Source: a virus (taxonomy: Duplodnaviria > Caudoviricetes). Taken from it: a DNA stretch of 64,000 nt. Position numbers and translations under genes: made by a program. The notes under the pieces are model-generated. The model was not told where the DNA came from. It saw nothing but the letters and a program-made list of their open reading frames with translations, and searched no databases. The DNA is taken from IMG/VR virus record IMGVR_UViG_3300042866_001263, one strand, 5' to 3'. Positions 58,117 through 64,000 of the stretch are shown here, piece by piece (the first letter of the stretch is position 1; every line of letters starts with the position of its first letter).

Positions 58117-60425
58117 CAAACGGACATGGTATCAAAGTTCGCAAGCGCAGCGGGTCTGTGGAACCCCTCAACCTCGATAAGATCCACAAGATGGTGGAGG
58201 AGGCTTGCGAGGGTCTAGGGAGCGGCGTGAGCGCCTCTCAGGTCGAAATGAACTCGGGTCTCCAGTTCTTCGACGGCATCGAGACGAAGGACATACAGGA
58301 GATCCTGGTGCGCTCTGCGAGCGACCTTATCAGCCTGGAGAACCCCAACTATCAATTCGTCGCTGCCCGCCTGCTGCTATTCGGACTTCGCAAGCAAGTG
58401 TTTGGATCTGACTGGGTGAATGGTCATCCCCACATTCTTGATCATGCTTTCAGGTGTGCATCAAAGGGTATCTACGATAAAGAAATCCTGAGTAAATATA
58501 CTAAAGAAGAGTGGGACAAGATCAATAGTTTTGTTGATCACGACCGTGATTTCTTATTCACATATGCTGGTCTTCGCCAAGTAGTGGATAAGTACCTTGT
58601 ACAAGACCGAAGTGCTGGTGAAGTTTATGAAACTCCCCAGTATATGTACATGATGATTGCCGCCACCTTGTTCCAAAATTATCAAAAGGATAGACTGGAA
58701 TATGTCAAACGATACTACACCGCAATCTCAAAGCACAAGATCAACATTCCCACACCTATCATGGCAGGAGTGCGAACTCCACTTCGACAATTTGCTAGCT
58801 GTGTTCTTGTTGATGTTGATGACACCCTCGATAGCATCTTTAGTTCTGATATGGCTATCGGCAGGTATGTTTCACAAAGGGCGGGCATCGGTATCAACGC
58901 AGGTCGCATCCGTGGCATCAACAGCAAGATCCGAGGGGGAGAAGTTACGCACACAGGTGTTATCCCATTCCTTAAAAAGTTTGAAGCAACTGTCCGATGC
59001 TGTACTCAAAATGGCATCCGTGGTGGATCAGCAACTGTCCACTTCCCAATCTGGCACAGAGAAATCGAAGACATCTTAGTACTAAAAAATAATAAAGGAA
59101 CTGAAGATAACCGTGTTCGTAAGTTAGACTACTCTATTCAAACCAGCAAACTGTTCTATGAACGTTTCATCCAAGACGCAGAAATCTCACTCTTCTCACC
59201 ACACGACGTTCCTGGTCTGTATGATGCTTTTGGGACTGATCGATTTGACGATCTGTATGTGGATTACGAACGAGATACAACTGTTCCACGAAAAACTATT
59301 GGAGCTCAAGAACTCGTTTTGGACCTCCTGAAGGAGCGAGCAGAGACTGGACGTGTTTATATCATGAACATCGACCATTGTAACTCTCACTCTTCTTTCC
59401 TTGATAAAGTAAATATGTCAAATCTCTGTCAGGAAATCACACTTCCTACAGATCCTATCCAGCATATTGATGGTGAAGGTGAGATTGCCCTGTGTATTCT
59501 TTCTGCTATCAACGTAGGCAAGATACATAAACTGGATGACCTTGAGGAACTTTGTGATCTTGCTGTTCGTGGATTGGAAGAGTTGATTGATTATCAGCAG
59601 TATCCAGTTCAGGCAGCACGAACATCAACACTCAATCGTCGTTCTTTGGGTATCGGTTATATCGGTCTCGCACATTATCTCGCAAAGCAAGGAGAACACT
59701 ATGATGATCCACGAGCCTGGCAACTCGTCCACGACCTTACTGAAGCTTTCCAGTACTATCTTCTCAAGTCTTCCAACGCAATCGCCAAGGAGAAGGGAGC
59801 CTGTGGATACTTCAATCGAACCAAGTATTCTCAAGGTATCATGCCAATCGACACTTACAAGCGTGATGTCGATGAACTCTGTGACCCCACGTTGAAATAT
59901 GATTGGGAAACTCTACGTTCCGAGATACAAACACACGGTCTACGACACTCAACGTTGTCCGCACAAATGCCATCGGAAAGCAGTTCCGTTGTGTCAAACG
60001 CAACAAATGGAATTGAACCACCTAGAGATTACCTGTCCGTTAAGAAGTCAAAGAAGGGACCTCTCAAGCAAGTTGTCCCACAGTATCAATCTCTTAAGAA
60101 TAATTATACGCTTCTTTGGGATATGCTTGACAATACTGGTTATATCAATATTGTTGCTGTTATGCAGAAGTTCTTTGATCAAGCGATCTCGGGTAACTGG
60201 TCGTATAATCCAGAGAATTATGCCGATAATGAAGTTCCTGTGTCGGTGATGGCACAAGACTTCCTGAATACTTACAAGTATGGATGGAAGACTTCTTATT
60301 ATCAGAATACATACGATATCAAGACTGATGAGCCAGTCACACAAGAACAAAAGAAAAGCATAGAAGATTTACTTAACGATATTTTCCAAACGGAGGAAGA
60401 AGACTGTGACAGTTGCAAGATTTAG
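58113..60425 (+). CDS. nrdA: Class Ia ribonucleotide reductase, alpha subunit
   Basis: ATP cone, PTPIMAG, ASCVL, SNLCQEI, C-terminal CDSCKI. Confidence 0.99.
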   Translation: MTNGHGIKVRKRSGSVEPLNLDKIHKMVEEACEGLGSGVSASQVEMNSGLQFFDGIETKDIQEILVRSASDLISLENPNYQFVAARLLLFGLRKQVFGSDWVNGHPHILDHAFRCASKGIYDKEILSKYTKEEWDKINSFVDHDRDFLFTYAGLRQVVDKYLVQDRSAGEVYETPQYMYMMIAATLFQNYQKDRLEYVKRYYTAISKHKINIPTPIMAGVRTPLRQFASCVLVDVDDTLDSIFSSDMAIGRYVSQRAGIGINAGRIRGINSKIRGGEVTHTGVIPFLKKFEATVRCCTQNGIRGGSATVHFPIWHREIEDILVLKNNKGTEDNRVRKLDYSIQTSKLFYERFIQDAEISLFSPHDVPGLYDAFGTDRFDDLYVDYERDTTVPRKTIGAQELVLDLLKERAETGRVYIMNIDHCNSHSSFLDKVNMSNLCQEITLPTDPIQHIDGEGEIALCILSAINVGKIHKLDDLEELCDLAVRGLEELIDYQQYPVQAARTSTLNRRSLGIGYIGLAHYLAKQGEHYDDPRAWQLVHDLTEAFQYYLLKSSNAIAKEKGACGYFNRTKYSQGIMPIDTYKRDVDELCDPTLKYDWETLRSEIQTHGLRHSTLSAQMPSESSSVVSNATNGIEPPRDYLSVKKSKKGPLKQVVPQYQSLKNNYTLLWDMLDNTGYINIVAVMQKFFDQAISGNWSYNPENYADNEVPVSVMAQDFLNTYKYGWKTSYYQNTYDIKTDEPVTQEQKKSIEDLLNDIFQTEEEDCDSCKI

Positions 60426-61587
60426 AACTACTGGTGATCGCATGAAACTTGAGGGGATGACAGTATTTAATACCAACAAGGTTGATAGTACTAAACAAAA
60501 GATGTTCTTTGGACCCCCTCTTGGGGTCCAACGTTATGATAAGTTTAAGTATCCTGTGTTTGATAAACTGACACAGCAACAACTTGGATACTTCTGGAGA
60601 CCAGAGGAAGTCTCCCTTCAAAAGGATCGTGCTGATTATCAAACTCTAAACACAGCACAAAAGCATATCTTTACTTCTAATCTCAAGTATCAAATTCTGC
60701 TTGACAGTGTACAGGGTCGTGGTCCTGGTATGGCTTTCATGCCATACTGTTCCCTCCCTGAACTTGAAGGTGCCATGAATATCTGGCAGACAATGGAGAT
60801 GGTCCATAGTCGTTCATATACACATATCATCAAGAATGTGTATGCGGATCCTTCTGAAGTATTTGATACGATCCTTGAGGATGAAAAGATCCTTTCTCGT
60901 GCTCGTTCAGTTACTCGTTCTTACGATGAATTCTTGCAGGCAGCAACTGAATGGGGCGCTGGTAATCAGTGGCAACATGAGTTAGAAGGAACCCCAGCAG
61001 CACAGGAGACGCTATATGAACTCAAAAGAAAGCTATATCGAGCAGTTGCGAACGTATATATCCTCGAAGGAATTCGGTTCTACGTATCGTTTGCCTGCTC
61101 TTTCGCTTTTGGTGAACTTAAACTCTTGGAAGGAAGTGCCAAAATCATCGGACTTATCGCAAGAGACGAAAGCCAACATATGACTATCACTCAAAATATT
61201 ATCAACAAATGGAAAGAGGGTGATGATCCAGACATGGTGCAGATTGCCCAGGAAGAAGAACAGAATGTCTATCAGATGTTCCGTGACTGTGTTGAAGAAG
61301 AAAAACTTTGGGCAGAGTATTTATTCAAAGATGGATCTATCATCGGTCTTAATGATAAACTACTGGCAAAGTATGTTGAATGGACTGCTAATCGCCGTCT
61401 AAAGTCTATTGGTCTCAAGGCAATCTTTGATACTCCCATTACAAACAATCCTCTGCCATGGACAGAGCACTGGTTATCTTCTAAGGGAATGCAAGTTGCT
61501 CCACAGGAGACTGAAGTAGAAAGTTACCTTATTGGAAGCATCAAACAAGACGTTAAAAAGGATACGTTTGCTGGATTTAAACTTTAA
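60406..61587 (+). CDS. nrdB: Ribonucleotide reductase, beta subunit
   Basis: FWRPEEV, LLDSVQ, EMVHSRSY, LEGIRFYVSF, RDESQH. Confidence 0.98.
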   Translation: MTVARFRTTGDRMKLEGMTVFNTNKVDSTKQKMFFGPPLGVQRYDKFKYPVFDKLTQQQLGYFWRPEEVSLQKDRADYQTLNTAQKHIFTSNLKYQILLDSVQGRGPGMAFMPYCSLPELEGAMNIWQTMEMVHSRSYTHIIKNVYADPSEVFDTILEDEKILSRARSVTRSYDEFLQAATEWGAGNQWQHELEGTPAAQETLYELKRKLYRAVANVYILEGIRFYVSFACSFAFGELKLLEGSAKIIGLIARDESQHMTITQNIINKWKEGDDPDMVQIAQEEEQNVYQMFRDCVEEEKLWAEYLFKDGSIIGLNDKLLAKYVEWTANRRLKSIGLKAIFDTPITNNPLPWTEHWLSSKGMQVAPQETEVESYLIGSIKQDVKKDTFAGFKL

Positions 61588-61595
61588 TATTGCAA

Positions 61596-61624
61596 TAAAT
61601 ACCTCCATGATGGAGGTTTTTTTA
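61596..61624 (+). terminator. Terminator abutting a late promoter core
   Basis: TAAATA (61596-61601), then ACCTCCA-TGA-TGGAGGT followed by a T run. Confidence 0.8.
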
Positions 61625-61626
61625 TT

Positions 61627-61965
61627 ATGAAGGTACAGTCAGCAAAAGCAAAGGGTCGTCGTCTTCAACAGTGGGTCAGAGAAAAACTGATTGAGATGCT
61701 TGAGGTTCACCCAGAAGATATTGAAAGTAGATCTATGGGTGCTGGTGGTGAGGATCTCATCATGGCTCGTGCTGCCAGATCAAAGTTTCCTCATAGCATT
61801 GAGTGTAAAAATGTGGAGAAGCTAAATATCTGGGATGCCTATGAGCAGGCATCGGCCAACTGCGGTGACTATGAACCTCTCGTTGTTATTAAAAAGAATG
61901 GTAAAAAACCATTGGCAGTTATAGACGCAGAGTATTTCATTAGTTTATTCGGAGACAAAAAATGA
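61627..61965 (+). CDS. PD-(D/E)xK nuclease, Holliday-junction-resolvase-like
   Basis: KAKGRRLQ...GEDL...IECKN. Confidence 0.7.
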   Translation: MKVQSAKAKGRRLQQWVREKLIEMLEVHPEDIESRSMGAGGEDLIMARAARSKFPHSIECKNVEKLNIWDAYEQASANCGDYEPLVVIKKNGKKPLAVIDAEYFISLFGDKK

Positions 61966-62633
61966 CGTTAGATCTTCATAACTTTTTTAAGTATTATGAT
62001 GATGGTAATTCAAACCATGTGGCGGCAGTTCAGTGGTTAGAAGATAACCTTCCTGCTAACTTTATGGATGACGCAGAGACAGAATGGATTGGTATTTTCA
62101 GAACGAAACCACCTACTCCAGCAGTTCTTGACGTTCCATATTTCAACCAAGTAGATAACTACAGAGACGCACATAGAACCTGCAACAGTTCATCATGCGC
62201 TATGTGTCTTGCTTTCCTCAAGCCAGGCAGTATCAAAGGTGACGACGAGTATGTGAAGAAAGTATTTGCGATTGGTGATACAACTGACCACGCAGTTCAG
62301 ACTAAAGTTCTTGCTGGATATGGTGTGAAGTCAAGTTTTAGTTATAATCTTTCTTTTGCTGATGTTGATAAGAGCCTTGATAGAGGCAAACCTGTTGTGA
62401 TTGGCATTCTTCACCGTGGTTCTCTAACTTCTCCTACTGGTGGGCACATGTGTGTAGTCATCGGTAAGACACCTGATGGTAAAGGATACTATGTAAATGA
62501 TCCTTATGGTTCACTCAACGATAACTATACTGGTCCTGTAACGAATGGTAAGAAGACCATTTACACCAAAGCAGTTCTCAAGCATCGCTGGTGCCCAGGT
62601 GGCAACGATGGTTGGGGTCGTATTTTTGACTGA
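61962..62633 (+). CDS. C39-like cysteine peptidase with an N-terminal LHNFF domain
   Basis: LDVPYFNQ...TCNSSSCAM...GHMCVVIG...VNDPYG. Confidence 0.8.
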   Translation: MTLDLHNFFKYYDDGNSNHVAAVQWLEDNLPANFMDDAETEWIGIFRTKPPTPAVLDVPYFNQVDNYRDAHRTCNSSSCAMCLAFLKPGSIKGDDEYVKKVFAIGDTTDHAVQTKVLAGYGVKSSFSYNLSFADVDKSLDRGKPVVIGILHRGSLTSPTGGHMCVVIGKTPDGKGYYVNDPYGSLNDNYTGPVTNGKKTIYTKAVLKHRWCPGGNDGWGRIFD

Positions 62634-62651
62634 TAATAAAGGAGAACAATA

Positions 62652-63323
62652 ATGGCTAGAATAGATTTACACAACTTCTTCAAGTTCTATGACGAGAAGA
62701 ACCCTAATCATGTAAAGGCAGTACAGTGGTTAGAAGATAACCTCCCAGTTAAGTATCTAGAAGATAACGTAGATTGGGCGGAGATCTATAGAGGAAAAAA
62801 GGGTAATGCTGCATCAGCATCTACCTCTGCTGCTGCAGCTCCCGTAGTAGGTGGTGATGATGTCCCACAAATGGGCATCAAATTGGTGAAGGAATTTGAA
62901 GGATGCAGACTAAATGCATATCCAGATCCTCTCTCAGGTGGTCTGCCAATTACTATTGGTTGGGGTTCCACTAGAAATAAGAATGGTGGAGCATTTAAGA
63001 TGGGTGATAGCATCACTCAGGCAGAAGCAGATGAGCTACTAATTGAAGAAGCAAAGCATCACTTCCTCCCAGCACTTCGTAAAATTCCTCACTGGAATGA
63101 GATGTCTGATGGTAAAAGAGGTGCTCTATTATCCTTCGCTTATAATTTGGGCGCTGGTTTCTATGGTGGTGATAATTTCAATACGATTACTCGTGTTCTA
63201 AAAAATAAAGAATGGGATAAGGTGCCAGATGCGCTTTACCTCTACAGAAATCCTGGTTCAAATGTTGAGGCAGGACTAGCACGTAGAAGAAAAGCAGAAG
63301 GAGAAGCGTGGAAGAAGGGTTGA
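62652..63323 (+). CDS. GH24 lysozyme (endolysin) with an N-terminal LHNFF domain
   Basis: EFEGCRLNAYPD...TIGWGST...ALLSFAYNLG...GLARRRKAE. Confidence 0.9.
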   Translation: MARIDLHNFFKFYDEKNPNHVKAVQWLEDNLPVKYLEDNVDWAEIYRGKKGNAASASTSAAAAPVVGGDDVPQMGIKLVKEFEGCRLNAYPDPLSGGLPITIGWGSTRNKNGGAFKMGDSITQAEADELLIEEAKHHFLPALRKIPHWNEMSDGKRGALLSFAYNLGAGFYGGDNFNTITRVLKNKEWDKVPDALYLYRNPGSNVEAGLARRRKAEGEAWKKG

Positions 63324-63348
63324 CACTCACATAAATACGTGATATTAT
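63320..63348 (+). promoter_or_regulatory. Overlapping sigma70 promoter (TTGACA-N17-TATTAT with extended TG) and late promoter core in its spacer
   Basis: TTGACA 63320-63325, TAAATA 63332-63337, TATTAT 63343-63348. Confidence 0.75.
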
Positions 63349-63402
63349 GAAGACCCACCCCTAAAAAGGTGGGTCTCACATTATGAGAAAGTGAAGTGAT
63401 AT

Positions 63403-63470
63403 TTAGAGCCGTGGAAGATGCCCATCGAGAGATGGGTGTACCCCTCTTCTATACGGATGTAGAGTTCAAT
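63403..63470 (+). ncRNA. Candidate structured cis-regulatory leader RNA
   Basis: Nested stems CCGU/ACGG, GGAAGA/UCUUCU and UGCCCAUC-GAGA-GAUGGGUG (GNRA tetraloop). Confidence 0.5.
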
Positions 63471-63478
63471 TAAATTTA

Positions 63479-64000
63479 ATGCAACAATTCTTTACTGTAG
63501 CCCTGCCCCTTCTGGCATCGGTTACAACCAATGTGGCAACACTGCCGATCTTTCCTCCTCTGACGGCGCCTCCAACGCCATTCTCTATTATCAAGGAGTT
63601 TGAAACGACAGCGACCCGAGAGGTTGCTCCCGAAAAACCAAAAGAAAAAAGGCTAATTTGTAAAGGGTGTTCAGAACATGAGAACCTTGCTTTGGATTTT
63701 TTCCAAAACCAAGGAATTAAAGACAGAAACGCCCTCGCTACTATTCTGGGCAATATTAAGCAGGAATCCATGTTCGTGCCTAATATTTGTGAAGGTGGTA
63801 GCAGGACCAGTTATCATAACTGCGGACGTGGTTATGGTCTGATCCAATGGACATCTGCCGATCGTTATTATGGATTGGGTGATTTCGCTAAGAAGTTTGG
63901 TGGTTCTCCATCAACACTTCCAACGCAACTTCGTTATCTTACGAATGAAGTTCAATGGAAACGAATTGAAGACAGGATGAAAACTCCTGGTAAATCTATC
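63479..64000 (+). CDS. Phage tail-lysozyme-like protein with signal-like N-terminus, 3'-truncated (not in ORF track)
   Basis: MQQFFTVALPLLASV...GNIKQES...GYGLIQWT...QLRYL; frame is open to the window end. Confidence 0.8.
   Translation, partial: MQQFFTVALPLLASVTTNVATLPIFPPLTAPPTPFSIIKEFETTATREVAPEKPKEKRLICKGCSEHENLALDFFQNQGIKDRNALATILGNIKQESMFVPNICEGGSRTSYHNCGRGYGLIQWTSADRYYGLGDFAKKFGGSPSTLPTQLRYLTNEVQWKRIEDRMKTPGKSI

Noticed and set aside
44089-61587. Introns or inteins in gp43, gp41, nrdA or nrdB
   Set aside because: All are continuous ORFs of ordinary length with their motifs in order and no intein-like insertions; gp17, gp20 and gp46 likewise.
63466-63771. Minus-strand 101-aa ORF in the track
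   Set aside because: It is the shadow of the plus-strand lysozyme-like gene starting at 63479, which the track missed because that gene has no stop within the window.
1-64000. tRNA, rRNA, CRISPR arrays, or IS/integrase elements
   Set aside because: Intergenic gaps are short and explained by promoters and terminators. I saw no cloverleaf, no spaced direct repeats and no transposase or integrase motifs by eye.

Overview
A 64-kb plus-strand segment of a T4-like cyanomyovirus genome (Kyanoviridae-type). It runs from a 5'-truncated tail-fibre-like gene and an AT-rich tailoring-enzyme operon (three 2OG-Fe(II) oxygenases and a U32-family/methyltransferase fusion) through the neck, packaging, tail and head genes (gp13-gp23). 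Next come gp3, uvsY, uvsW, gp55, gp47 and gp46, a VWA/CobS pair, and the replisome (gp45, gp44, gp62, regA, gp43, uvsX, gp41, gp61) with accessory speD, RimK-like ligase, Dam-like methylase, hsp20 and mazG. It ends with nrdAB and a cassette of three putative cell-wall hydrolases. All real genes are on the + strand. I found no tRNA, CRISPR array, intron or intein. The most notable observations are: (1) the fibre-linked hydroxylase/methyltransferase operon; (2) an EndoVII-type endonuclease whose WNC C-terminus duplicates that of the upstream gene and whose start is sequestered in a 17-bp hairpin with TATAAATA in the loop; (3) repeated nesting of promoters in hairpin or terminator loops; (4) a near-consensus antisense sigma70 promoter back-to-back with the gp55 promoter; (5) a structured leader ahead of the last lytic gene; (6) many small ORFs missed by the ORF track. 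Family assignments come from motif recognition by eye, not database searches.
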